64,000 bases of DNA from Nanobdellota archaeon (GTDB lineage Archaea > Nanobdellota > Nanobdellia > Woesearchaeales > UBA583), in the NCBI GenBank assembly GCA_022565615.1, contig JAIUMM010000001.1, positions 11,680 to 75,679 of the forward strand, given 5' to 3'. Position 1 is the first letter of the stretch, and every line of letters begins with the position of its first letter. The position numbers and the translations under genes were made by a program. Shown piece by piece: positions 1 through 8,247 of the stretch. The notes under the pieces are model-generated. The model searched no databases. It was not told where the DNA came from and was given only the letters and a program-made list of their open reading frames with translations.

Positions 1-46
1 TAACTTTTACATTTGCACTTTTAACTCTTTGAAGAATAACTTTCAT
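1..46 (-). CDS. dtd: D-aminoacyl-tRNA deacylase (DTD1-type), N-terminal fragment only; the gene runs off the window start
   Basis: The reverse complement of bases 1-46 reads MKVILQRVKSANVKV, which matches the conserved Dtd N-terminus (M-x-x-[VI]-[IL]-QRV-x-x-A-x-V-x-V). Only 15 codons are visible. Confidence 0.35.
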   Translation of the reverse strand, partial: MKVILQRVKSANVKV

Positions 47-146
47 ACAAATATTAAATTTTAGAACGTATTTAAATATATTTAATTTATATCAACAATT
101 AATTAAAAATAATTAAAAAATAAAATAAGAAAAATTTGAATTAAAG

Positions 147-314
147 TTACTTATTTCTGATATATGAATATCTTTTAAGTTTTGTTGACTTTCCATAACC
201 ACATGCTGAACAGACTCCTGTTTTCATATGATATGATCTACTTCCACATCTTCTACACATAATATGTAGTTTTCCTTTACTTTTTTTACCCATACTTGGT
301 GTTCCTTTTGTCAT
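147..314 (-). CDS. rpl37e: 50S ribosomal protein L37e (55 aa, zinc ribbon)
   Basis: The minus-strand ORF translates to MTKGTPSMGKKSKGKLHIMCRRCGSRSYHMKTGVCSACGYGKSTKLKRYSYIRNK. It has the L37e MTKGT start and the CxxC-x14-CxxC zinc ribbon. It falls below the 60-aa cut-off of the ORF track. Confidence 0.8.
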   Translation of the reverse strand: MTKGTPSMGKKSKGKLHIMCRRCGSRSYHMKTGVCSACGYGKSTKLKRYSYIRNK

Positions 315-342
315 TGTATCTACTTTTAGAAATAAAACTCAC

Positions 343-350
343 TTTATAAA
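343..350 (-). promoter_or_regulatory. TATA box (TTTATAAA) about 30 nt upstream of the rpl37e start codon
   Basis: A palindromic TTTATAAA sits 29-36 nt upstream of the ATG. This is archaeal box-A spacing and implies a near-leaderless transcript. Confidence 0.35.
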
Positions 351-469
351 ACTTGCTCAACTTATCTTACAAATTAAGTATATTAATAGAGTATTTATAT
401 AATCTAATATTATCTACTTCTTAATTTTAACATATTTTTTTAAAGCTTTAATTTGATAATTAATTAATT

Positions 470-847
470 ATGAGTTCAACATCAAAGCATCCACCGTTCT
501 ACTTATTTATTATAGTAGCATTCTCACTTATAATTGGATTTATAGTTGTATTTCAAATAAATAACAATTTTTATGTTCCTGAGCATAGTTCTTGTAGAGC
601 TTTTGAATATGAGGTAAGAGCGTGTGTAACTGATTTAGAGGTTAGATTTGATGTAAGAAGTGCACGAGAGAGTTCATCTTTACATGTAAATTTTAAAGAT
701 CAAGAAAGAATTTTTCTAGAACCTCTGAGATTACAAACAGTACGAATTCCAAGAGGAGATTTATATGAAATTGTTCCAGAATATCAAGGAAATAAATGTA
801 TTAAAAAGGCAATGACTATATATGATGAGGATTTAAATAGATGTTAA
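470..847 (+). CDS. hypothetical membrane-anchored protein (N-terminal TM helix, Cys-containing C-terminal domain)
   Basis: ORF with hydrophobic N-terminus FYLFIIVAFSLIIGFIVVF and no recognisable motifs. It is co-directional with the next large gene. Confidence 0.4.
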   Translation: MSSTSKHPPFYLFIIVAFSLIIGFIVVFQINNNFYVPEHSSCRAFEYEVRACVTDLEVRFDVRSARESSSLHVNFKDQERIFLEPLRLQTVRIPRGDLYEIVPEYQGNKCIKKAMTIYDEDLNRC

Positions 848-896
848 AAGTTAATATTAGTTAATGAATTAGTAATAAAATAAATAAAATATAAAA

Positions 897-2957
897 ATGG
901 CAACAAATAAATTAAAAAATCAAAATATCAAAACATTTCAAAAAAAAGCTCAAATCTCATTATTTATTATAATTGGAGTGTTATTATTAGTTGTAGGAAT
1001 TGTATATTTTATATTTTCTCAAACTAATTTATTTCAATCTCCACAAGCACAATCACAAGAGCAAATTAGTGAAATATTAAGATTTTGTGTAGGAGAAGAA
1101 TTAAAAAATTCAATGAAAGTATTACAATTTAAAGGAGGAAGAATAAATGCTCCTCCTCTTGAAACACAACAAAGAGTTCAAACATTTGACTTTGATATTT
1201 ATTCTTGGAGTAAAATACCTACAACTGAAGAGATGGAGTTAGAATTAAAGCAAGAAGTTGAACAAAAATCAATTGGGTGTATAGCTTCAAATTTAATGAA
1301 TTTAAATGAATTATATGAAATTACTGGTTTTTCACAAGATTTATTTCAAGTTGATATCTCAATAACTCCTCAAAGAATTACAGCAGTTATTGAAATTCCT
1401 TTAAATATAAAAATGAGGGGTCAAGATGAGAGTTGGGAGTATTCATCTTTAACACTTGAAACTCCAAGTGCTCTATATACAAATTTTGAACTTGCAAAAG
1501 CTATTTTTCAAGAGCATACTCAAAACCAAATATTTGAACATTTAGTGTTAGAACAAATCTCAATGGCTAAAGATTATTCAGACCCAAGAGCTTCAGTTCC
1601 AACTCAAGGAATTCAGTTTAGTTGTAATACTCCAATTTTTAGAGCAAGTGAAATTCAAAATACAATTTTGTCATTAAATGATTTTAATTTTAATTTTCTC
1701 TACTTTGAGGGAACTGCAAGTATTGAGAATAGATTTTTAGGATATGATGAAGATATTAGAGAATATTATGACTCATTATATAGAAAAGATTTAGAATTTA
1801 TGAACCCAATTATTGATATTTCAAGAAAAGAAGTTGATGTTGTAATTCCAAAAAGATATTCTTTTACAGGAGATTCAACATATTTGTCATCATTTAGAGA
1901 GTTTCGAGTAAATGGTATTGAAGAAGAGTTTATTAGACCTACACAGTTAAACTTAGGAGGATTTATTCCAATGCCATGTATTAGTGTATTTTCAAAAGTA
2001 TATGATTTAGATTATGATATTTTAGTTGAAATTGAGAGTTTTGAATCAGGAGAATTTGAAGTATTTAGAGTTCCAATTAGAATTCAAATTGAAGCAAGTG
2101 AGCCTAAGAGAACATTTGATTCTAGCAGATCACTAGTAGACTCAACACAATATACTTTAAATTCTCAAACATATTGTTCTTTAGAGGAGCAAGAAAGTTA
2201 TATAACTGATATTATTTTACTTGAGGCTACAAATGTAGGTTTAAAACCATTATTTAATGTGGATGTTTCTTTTTCTTGTGCAGGAATTAGATGTAGTGAT
2301 TTGGGAACATTCACTAATCAATTAAATAGTAATTCAGATTCTAGACTTAGAGCAAATTTACCCTTTTGTTCAAGTGGAAGAATTATTGCACAAAAAGAAG
2401 ATTTTTTACATATATCAACACTTAAACAAGCAGAGGAATTAGGATTTGATTCAATGTGTGGAGAATCAATTGTCCCAATGAATGATATGATAGAAAGAGG
2501 AGATTTTAATGGAAGAATTCCTTATATTGACGTATGTATGATTAAACTTAAAGAAATTGAATTAGACATTAATTCAATGAGATTTTTTGATATTCAAAGA
2601 GGACAAACAATTACAAATCCTCAAGGGGAATTAGTTGTAATTGCTGAGAATCAGAATTTAGGTTATACAACTACTGGTTATTTTGATTTTTCAAATGTAG
2701 AATCATTAGAGAGTTTAAAACTTCCAAATGTTGATGTATTAAATTTAAATATTTCAATTATGTATTATGAGGATAATGAGTTACTTTCATATTATGAATT
2801 TGAAAATCAAGAAGTTGAATTAACATTTGCATCATCATTTTTTGGAACTATTCCTTTAATGAGTTCACAAATAGATTCAACTCAAGCTTTTGATTCTATT
2901 GAAAGTGCATATACTCAAGGATATTTAGATGTGAATTTTGGATTTACAATTAATTAA
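897..2957 (+). CDS. large secreted/surface protein with a class III (type IV pilin-like) signal peptide candidate
   Basis: The N-terminus ...QKKAQISLFIIIGVLLLVVGIVYF resembles the archaeal prepilin motif ([KR][GA]|Q followed by a hydrophobic stretch). The rest is about 650 aa of non-repetitive extracellular-type sequence with no catalytic motif recognised. Confidence 0.45.
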   Translation: MATNKLKNQNIKTFQKKAQISLFIIIGVLLLVVGIVYFIFSQTNLFQSPQAQSQEQISEILRFCVGEELKNSMKVLQFKGGRINAPPLETQQRVQTFDFDIYSWSKIPTTEEMELELKQEVEQKSIGCIASNLMNLNELYEITGFSQDLFQVDISITPQRITAVIEIPLNIKMRGQDESWEYSSLTLETPSALYTNFELAKAIFQEHTQNQIFEHLVLEQISMAKDYSDPRASVPTQGIQFSCNTPIFRASEIQNTILSLNDFNFNFLYFEGTASIENRFLGYDEDIREYYDSLYRKDLEFMNPIIDISRKEVDVVIPKRYSFTGDSTYLSSFREFRVNGIEEEFIRPTQLNLGGFIPMPCISVFSKVYDLDYDILVEIESFESGEFEVFRVPIRIQIEASEPKRTFDSSRSLVDSTQYTLNSQTYCSLEEQESYITDIILLEATNVGLKPLFNVDVSFSCAGIRCSDLGTFTNQLNSNSDSRLRANLPFCSSGRIIAQKEDFLHISTLKQAEELGFDSMCGESIVPMNDMIERGDFNGRIPYIDVCMIKLKEIELDINSMRFFDIQRGQTITNPQGELVVIAENQNLGYTTTGYFDFSNVESLESLKLPNVDVLNLNISIMYYEDNELLSYYEFENQEVELTFASSFFGTIPLMSSQIDSTQAFDSIESAYTQGYLDVNFGFTIN

Positions 2958-3142
2958 CTTTAGAAATTAATTCAAAAGGTAGTCAATACAATTTAATATT
3001 AGTATTAATATTAAATTTTTCTTTTTTATTTCACTAAATTTTATAAACACTTTAGTCTTAGTTTGAGTTATACTACTTAATATTTGAGATTAAGCAGATA
3101 CATATATTTATTGCAAATAAATATTACATATAAAATTATACA

Positions 3143-3240
3143 AAAATGGCAAAAGATACGAGACACTTTGCTTACGCTTCGTTCTTGTATCGTCATTTTT
3201 AAAAACCAACAAAAAACAATAATAGAAAATGGCAAAAGAT
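3143..3240 (+). promoter_or_regulatory. EF-2 leader: a 15-nt direct repeat (AAAATGGCAAAAGAT x2) flanking a 68-nt segment with a 9-bp hairpin and an 18-codon upstream ORF
   Basis: The repeat occurs at 3143-3157 and 3226-3240. Each copy contains an ATG followed by GCA AAA GAT (MAKD). The first copy opens MAKDTRHFAYASFLYRHF-stop. The stem GATACGAGA (3155-3163) pairs with TCTTGTATC (3183-3191) with one G-U pair. Confidence 0.4.
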
Positions 3241-5400
3241 TTAGGACAAGCAGTAATGGAGGCAATGAAAAAGCCTACCTTAATTAGAAATATTGCAATT
3301 GCAGCACACATTGATCACGGTAAAACAACTCTTTCAGATAATTTATTATCTGGAGCTGGAATGATTTCAGAAGAATTATCTGGAAAACAAAGATTCATGG
3401 ATTTTCACGAAGATGAAGCAGCTCGTGGAATTACTATTGATAGTGCAAATGTATCAATGGTTCACAGTGTTGAGGGTCAAGATTTTCTAGTAAATTTAAT
3501 TGATACTCCTGGTCACGTAGACTTTGGAGGAGATGTTACAAGAGCTATGAGAGCAGTTGATGGTGCAGTTGTACTTTCATGTGCAGTTGAAGGAATTATG
3601 CCTCAAACAGAGACAGTTTTAAGACAAGCATTAAAAGAGAAAGTTAGACCAATATTATTTATTAATAAGGCTGATAGATTAATTAAAGAATTAAAATTAA
3701 CTCCAGAGATGATGCAACAAAGATTTATTAAAATTATTAATAATTTAAATGAATTAATTGTAAAAGTAGCTCCTCCTGAATTTAAACAAAAGTGGCAAGT
3801 AAATGTTGCTGATGGTTCAGTATGTTTTGGTTCAGCATTTTCAAATTGGGCGTTATCAGTTCCATATATGAAGAAAAAAGGATTAAACTTTGGACAAATT
3901 ATTGAAATTTATGAAAAAGATGACCCTGAAGAAGTTAAAAAATTAGCTAAAATGGCTCCTCTTCATGAAGTATTATTAAACTCAGTAGTTATACATTTAC
4001 CAAATCCAGTTGATGCACAAGCATATAGAATTCCACTTATTTGGAGTGGTGAAACTGATTCAGGAGTTGGAAAAAACCTTGTTGAGTGTGATCCTAAAGG
4101 AGATTTAGCATTTGTAATTACAAAAATTACACAAGATAAGCACGCAGGAGAAGTAGCAACAGGACGTATGTTTTCAGGAACTGTAAGAAAAGGTCAAGAA
4201 GTTGTAACAAGCAAAGGTACTAAAGGTAGAATTCAACAAGTATTCATTTCAAAAGGCCCTCAAAGAGTTCAAATTGAAAATGCTGTTGCAGGAAATATTG
4301 TAGGAATTTCAGGTCTTAAAGATATTACTGTGGGTGACACTATTTCAACTACTGAGATGGTTCCATTTGAAGATATTCAACATATTTTTGAGCCAGTTGT
4401 AACTGTTGCTGTTGAACCTAAAAAACCAGCAGATTTACCTAAGATGATTGAAGTTTTAAAAGTTGTTGGAAAAGAAGACCCATCACTTAAAGTAACAATT
4501 AATGAAGATACTGGAGAGTTTTTAATTGCAGGTATGGGTGAATTACATTTAGAAGTTGTAACTGATAGAATTAAATCAGAAAAAGGTATGGAGATTAGAG
4601 TATCACCTCCTATTGTTGTATACAGAGAATCAGTTACAAAACTCTCTCCACAAGTTGAAGGAAAATCACCAAATAAACATAATAAATTCTATATGACTTT
4701 AGAGCCACTTGAAGAAGAATTTGCAAGAGCTGTTGCAGAAGGAGAAGTTCCTGAAGGAAGAGTTAAGAAAAAAGACAGAGAGTTGTGGGATTTATTTGCT
4801 TCAAAAGGAATTTCAAAAGATGAAGCTGAGAGAATTAAGCACATTTATCAAGGAAATGTATTTGTTGATATGACAAGAGGTATTGTTGCACTTAACGAAG
4901 TAATTGAATTAGTTCTTGATGGATTTGAAGAAATTATTAAACAAGGTCCAATGGCAAGAGAGTCTTGTGTTGGTATGAAAGTTAAACTTATGGATGTAAA
5001 TTTGCACGAAGATAGTATTCACAGAGGTCCAGGTCAAGTATACCCTGCAATTAGAGATGGTTTAAAAGAAGCTATTGGTGGTGCAGGAGCTGTATTATTT
5101 GAACCATTACAAGTAATTCAAGTAGATTGTCCACAAGATATGATGGGTAATGTTTCAAGTGTAATTCAAAATAGAAGAGGTCAAGTATTAGATATGCAAA
5201 TTGATGAAGATAATATGACTATTTTAGCAAAAGTTCCTGTTGCAGAAACATTTGGTATGACTGGTGATATTAGATCAGCTACTGGTGGAAAAGGTTCATT
5301 CTTTGTAAAGTCACAAACATTTGAGCAATTACCAAGAGAATTACAAGAAAATATTGTAAAAGGAATTAGACAAAGAAAAGGATTAACAGAAAATCAATAA
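3229..5400 (+). CDS. fusA: translation elongation factor 2 (aEF-2)
   Basis: G1 motif AHIDHGKTTL and DTPGHVDF. The diphthamide loop HEDSIHRGPGQVYPA is present. 723 aa is the typical aEF-2 length. Confidence 0.95.
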   Translation: MAKDLGQAVMEAMKKPTLIRNIAIAAHIDHGKTTLSDNLLSGAGMISEELSGKQRFMDFHEDEAARGITIDSANVSMVHSVEGQDFLVNLIDTPGHVDFGGDVTRAMRAVDGAVVLSCAVEGIMPQTETVLRQALKEKVRPILFINKADRLIKELKLTPEMMQQRFIKIINNLNELIVKVAPPEFKQKWQVNVADGSVCFGSAFSNWALSVPYMKKKGLNFGQIIEIYEKDDPEEVKKLAKMAPLHEVLLNSVVIHLPNPVDAQAYRIPLIWSGETDSGVGKNLVECDPKGDLAFVITKITQDKHAGEVATGRMFSGTVRKGQEVVTSKGTKGRIQQVFISKGPQRVQIENAVAGNIVGISGLKDITVGDTISTTEMVPFEDIQHIFEPVVTVAVEPKKPADLPKMIEVLKVVGKEDPSLKVTINEDTGEFLIAGMGELHLEVVTDRIKSEKGMEIRVSPPIVVYRESVTKLSPQVEGKSPNKHNKFYMTLEPLEEEFARAVAEGEVPEGRVKKKDRELWDLFASKGISKDEAERIKHIYQGNVFVDMTRGIVALNEVIELVLDGFEEIIKQGPMARESCVGMKVKLMDVNLHEDSIHRGPGQVYPAIRDGLKEAIGGAGAVLFEPLQVIQVDCPQDMMGNVSSVIQNRRGQVLDMQIDEDNMTILAKVPVAETFGMTGDIRSATGGKGSFFVKSQTFEQLPRELQENIVKGIRQRKGLTENQ

Positions 5401-5446
5401 TTACAGAGTAATTATTGTTCATTCGTTATAGTTGAATAATTCAATA

Positions 5447-5457
5447 AATTTTTTTCT
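5447..5457 (+). terminator. oligo-T tract downstream of the EF-2 stop (archaeal-type terminator candidate)
   Basis: AATTTTTTTC run about 50 nt after the stop codon. Archaeal termination typically uses T tracts. Confidence 0.3.
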
Positions 5458-5485
5458 TAAATTGTTTCACAGTTTAGATTTATTT

Positions 5486-6166
5486 TTATTTTTTAATATA
5501 TTTGAAATAAAGAAAAATTGTGGAAAACAAAAGTATTTGAATGAGTAATACTCCTCCTACAATTATTAAAAAAAATTGTTCACTATAGATGTAGTATGAG
5601 ATATATTGAGGTTGTAAAATTTGAAATGAATCTTCTTTAAATAATATAGAGTGAAAAATATTCCTCCAAAAATATTCAAAGAAAATAATACAAGGTATAC
5701 ATAATATAAGAATACTTAAACTAATTTTAAAAATAATTTTAATATTGTAAGTATTAAATAGTGATTTTTGAAATAACAGAAAATATATAACTATAATTAA
5801 AAATAATATATATATACTACTTGAGATGAGAAGAATTTGTTTAACATCTTTATAATGAACAATTTCAAACTCAGAGAAAAATTGAGAGGATAATTCTTCA
5901 CTTAATATATAATAATTAATAATGTTTTTTTGAGCTTGACTTACTTGAGTAGAATTTAAATTAAAATGTTGAGGCGAATCTTCAATACTATGTGACTGAG
6001 TAAGAGAGCTTAGAGAGTTTTGAAGAGTAAAGTTTACAAAAATAGGGAGAATTAAAGTAAATGAAATCATAAAAATGATACTTAGAGAAATTAAAATAAA
6101 TATAATTCTGTCTAATATTTCAAAATTAAAAAAACTAATTTTTTTGGATTTAAATTTACTTTTCAT
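5486..6166 (-). CDS. hypothetical polytopic membrane protein
   Basis: About 5-6 predicted TM segments. No recognisable family motif. Confidence 0.45.
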   Translation of the reverse strand: MKSKFKSKKISFFNFEILDRIIFILISLSIIFMISFTLILPIFVNFTLQNSLSSLTQSHSIEDSPQHFNLNSTQVSQAQKNIINYYILSEELSSQFFSEFEIVHYKDVKQILLISSSIYILFLIIVIYFLLFQKSLFNTYNIKIIFKISLSILILCIPCIIFFEYFWRNIFHSILFKEDSFQILQPQYISYYIYSEQFFLIIVGGVLLIQILLFSTIFLYFKYIKK

Positions 6167-6221
6167 ATATTAATTAATACTTAACTATATATTTTTAAAT
6201 AATTAACTTTTATTTGTTTCT

Positions 6222-6707
6222 ATGTTAGATTTTCAAGCTAGTGTAGATTTGGTATTAATTGATGATAAAAAAAGAAAAATTACAATTAATAGAAGAAGAA
6301 AATCAGTTGTTAAAGAAAATAAATTTAGTTATTATGAAAAATTTGCTCCTTTAGTTACAAGTAATGAAATTATTTCTCTTCAATATCTAGAAGGCATAAA
6401 ACAAGTTCCTAGTTATAAAAGAAGAATTAGTTTAAATTCTTTTGAGATGAGTTTATTAGAAGCAGAAAAATTGTCAAGAGACAATTTTATAGGGTGTAAA
6501 AAATTAGAAGAATTATTTAATCTAATCAATTCAAGAGGTGTTTATGATTTTGATTTAAATGATAATGATATTTTAGTTTTTGAAGGACAATATAGAATTT
6601 TAGATTTTGGTGCAAGTTTAAGAATTCCTCATTTTTATTTTAAAAAAGTTTATGATAAATTTATTTTAAATCCAAAATTAGAAAGATTAGAGAAAAGGTT
6701 TAGTTAA
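6222..6707 (+). CDS. hypothetical protein with a kinase-like C-terminal segment (DLNDNDILV ... ILDFGAS)
   Basis: A catalytic-loop-like DxxxN segment and a DFG-like motif sit about 15 aa apart, resembling small Bud32/RIO/Kdo-type kinases. There is no clear glycine loop, so the call is weak. Confidence 0.3.
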   Translation: MLDFQASVDLVLIDDKKRKITINRRRKSVVKENKFSYYEKFAPLVTSNEIISLQYLEGIKQVPSYKRRISLNSFEMSLLEAEKLSRDNFIGCKKLEELFNLINSRGVYDFDLNDNDILVFEGQYRILDFGASLRIPHFYFKKVYDKFILNPKLERLEKRFS

Positions 6708-6711
6708 TATA

Positions 6712-7200
6712 TTAAAACTCTTTATATCCAAGTTTTTTAATTTCTTTAATATATGTATTTAATTCTCCTCCTACAACTGCTGGACATTGCTGCGATGCTA
6801 TAACATATTTTTTAGTTAAAAATAGAGGATAATCGTTACAGATAATAGGTTTTTTATCAGATTTATGTATTGAACAAAAAACATTCTCTTTTAAATGTCT
6901 GCAAGGTTCTTTCTCTAAATTATATGTCATAAATCCATTTTGAGTCCTCTCAAGTGTTTTATCTTCTATAAATTTACCAATATGTTCAACTCCACTTATT
7001 GTTTCAACCTCTTGATTAGTTTGTAAGAGTAGTTTACCAACTTTACAACATTTAGCTCCACAAATATTTATACAATAATTAGATAGTGATTCTCTTGCTT
7101 TTTGTGCAATTTCTTTTGCAATGAGTGTTTTATTTTCATCAATAGGATTACCTTGAATTGGAGAATTAGGATTAATTGGAGGAGGATTTATAATTGTCAT
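6712..7200 (-). CDS. YkgJ-family zinc/iron-chelating domain protein (CxxCxxCC)
   Basis: CINICGAKCC motif plus downstream conserved Cys residues (CRHL...C...C) typical of PF03692. Confidence 0.6.
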   Translation of the reverse strand: MTIINPPPINPNSPIQGNPIDENKTLIAKEIAQKARESLSNYCINICGAKCCKVGKLLLQTNQEVETISGVEHIGKFIEDKTLERTQNGFMTYNLEKEPCRHLKENVFCSIHKSDKKPIICNDYPLFLTKKYVIASQQCPAVVGGELNTYIKEIKKLGYKEF

Positions 7201-7413
7201 AATTCATTTCAATAATTGTTTTATAAGGATATTTATAAACTTCTATATTTTTTATTTTTACATCATTTTATATGATTTCACTTCATTTTCATATTATTTA
7301 TAAATAATTATCAAAAATATTTGTCTTTGATTTTTGTTAAAACTCTAATTTTTTAGATTAAATTACATATAAGTAAACATTAACTTATTAAATCTATATA
7401 TATTGTATTTGAT

Positions 7414-7656
7414 ATGGTTACAAATGATGAAATTAAAAATCAGTTATTAGAGAGTTTTCCTGATGCTCAAATTGAAGTTGATAATCCAAGAGGAGATGAT
7501 GTTCATTTTAAAATTGAAATCTCTTCCTCTCAATTTGTTGGACTTTCACGAATAAATCAGCATAAATTGGTGTATAAAGCACTTGGAAATAAATTTAATA
7601 AATGTGGACAAAGTTTGCATGCAATTGAGCTAAGAACAAAAGCAAGAGAAGAGTAA
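7414..7656 (+). CDS. bolA: BolA-family protein
   Basis: HFKIEISSSQFVGLSRINQHKLVYKAL matches the BolA signature H[FY]x[IV]x[IV]xSxxFxGxxx[IV]xRH[RQ]xVxxAL. Confidence 0.75.
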   Translation: MVTNDEIKNQLLESFPDAQIEVDNPRGDDVHFKIEISSSQFVGLSRINQHKLVYKALGNKFNKCGQSLHAIELRTKAREE

Positions 7657-7712
7657 ATATTTTGCAGGTATTTTGTACAAACAATTAAAAATATAATTAT
7701 ATTATTTAGTAT

Positions 7713-8048
7713 ATGACTCGAAATATTGTAAAAGAAATTCAAGATATTATTGATGAAAATTCAATAGTTTTATTTTTAAAAGGAGAAAAAGGTTCTCACA
7801 TGTGTGGTTTTTCAAAACAAGTTTTAATGATATTTGAGCAATTACAAGAAAAATATGAGATATCATTTCAAGTCGTAAATGTGTGGAAAGATCAAACTCT
7901 CTATGATGCTCTAAAAGAGTATAATGATTGGCCAACATATCCACAAATTTTTGTAAATCATGAATTTGTAGGAGGATTTGATATTATACAAGAATTAGAG
8001 ATGAGTGGAGAACTTGAAGAACTAGTATCTTCAATTTCACAAAATTAA
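7713..8048 (+). CDS. grx: monothiol (CGFS) glutaredoxin, Grx4/Grx5-type
   Basis: CGFS active site, with IVLFLKG upstream and WPTYPQIFVNHEFVGG downstream. 111 aa. Confidence 0.8.
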   Translation: MTRNIVKEIQDIIDENSIVLFLKGEKGSHMCGFSKQVLMIFEQLQEKYEISFQVVNVWKDQTLYDALKEYNDWPTYPQIFVNHEFVGGFDIIQELEMSGELEELVSSISQN

Positions 8049-8078
8049 AATTCTAAATTTTAATTATTTATTTAACCA

Positions 8079-8197
8079 ATTCCCCTGCATATTTATTGCG
8101 AATATTTAGGGAACAGTCCTTCACAAGAGAATCCTAAGAGGAGGTACTCTGTTATAAACTAGCGATGATACTTTTGGGTTAGTGTTAAGGGCGTCAT
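8079..8197. ncRNA. unassigned GC-rich, structured-looking island between convergent genes (candidate small RNA); strand unknown
   Basis: About 120 nt with much higher GC than its surroundings. It lies in a 3'-3' intergenic gap with no ORF. I could not fit it to a tRNA cloverleaf, to 5S rRNA, or to C/D or H/ACA boxes by eye. Confidence 0.2.
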
Positions 8198-8247
8198 ATT
8201 TTTAAAAGAAGATAAAACATTTTTTTAATTATTTTAACATATATAGT

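Noticed and set aside
3077-3311. Three overlapping 60-67-aa ORFs (3077..3265 -, 3084..3287 +, 3108..3311 -) around the EF-2 start
   Set aside because: They overlap each other and the EF-2 leader and start in multiple frames. They have low-complexity AT-driven composition and no motifs. The region is better explained as the EF-2 5' regulatory region.
8079-8197. tRNA, 5S rRNA or C/D-box sRNA identity for the GC-rich island
   Set aside because: No 7-bp acceptor stem with a GTTC-type T-loop could be drawn on either strand. No RUGAUGA/CUGA box pairs were found. Similarity to the 5S 3' end (TAGGGAACAGTCC) is positionally inconsistent. It is kept only as an unassigned candidate RNA.
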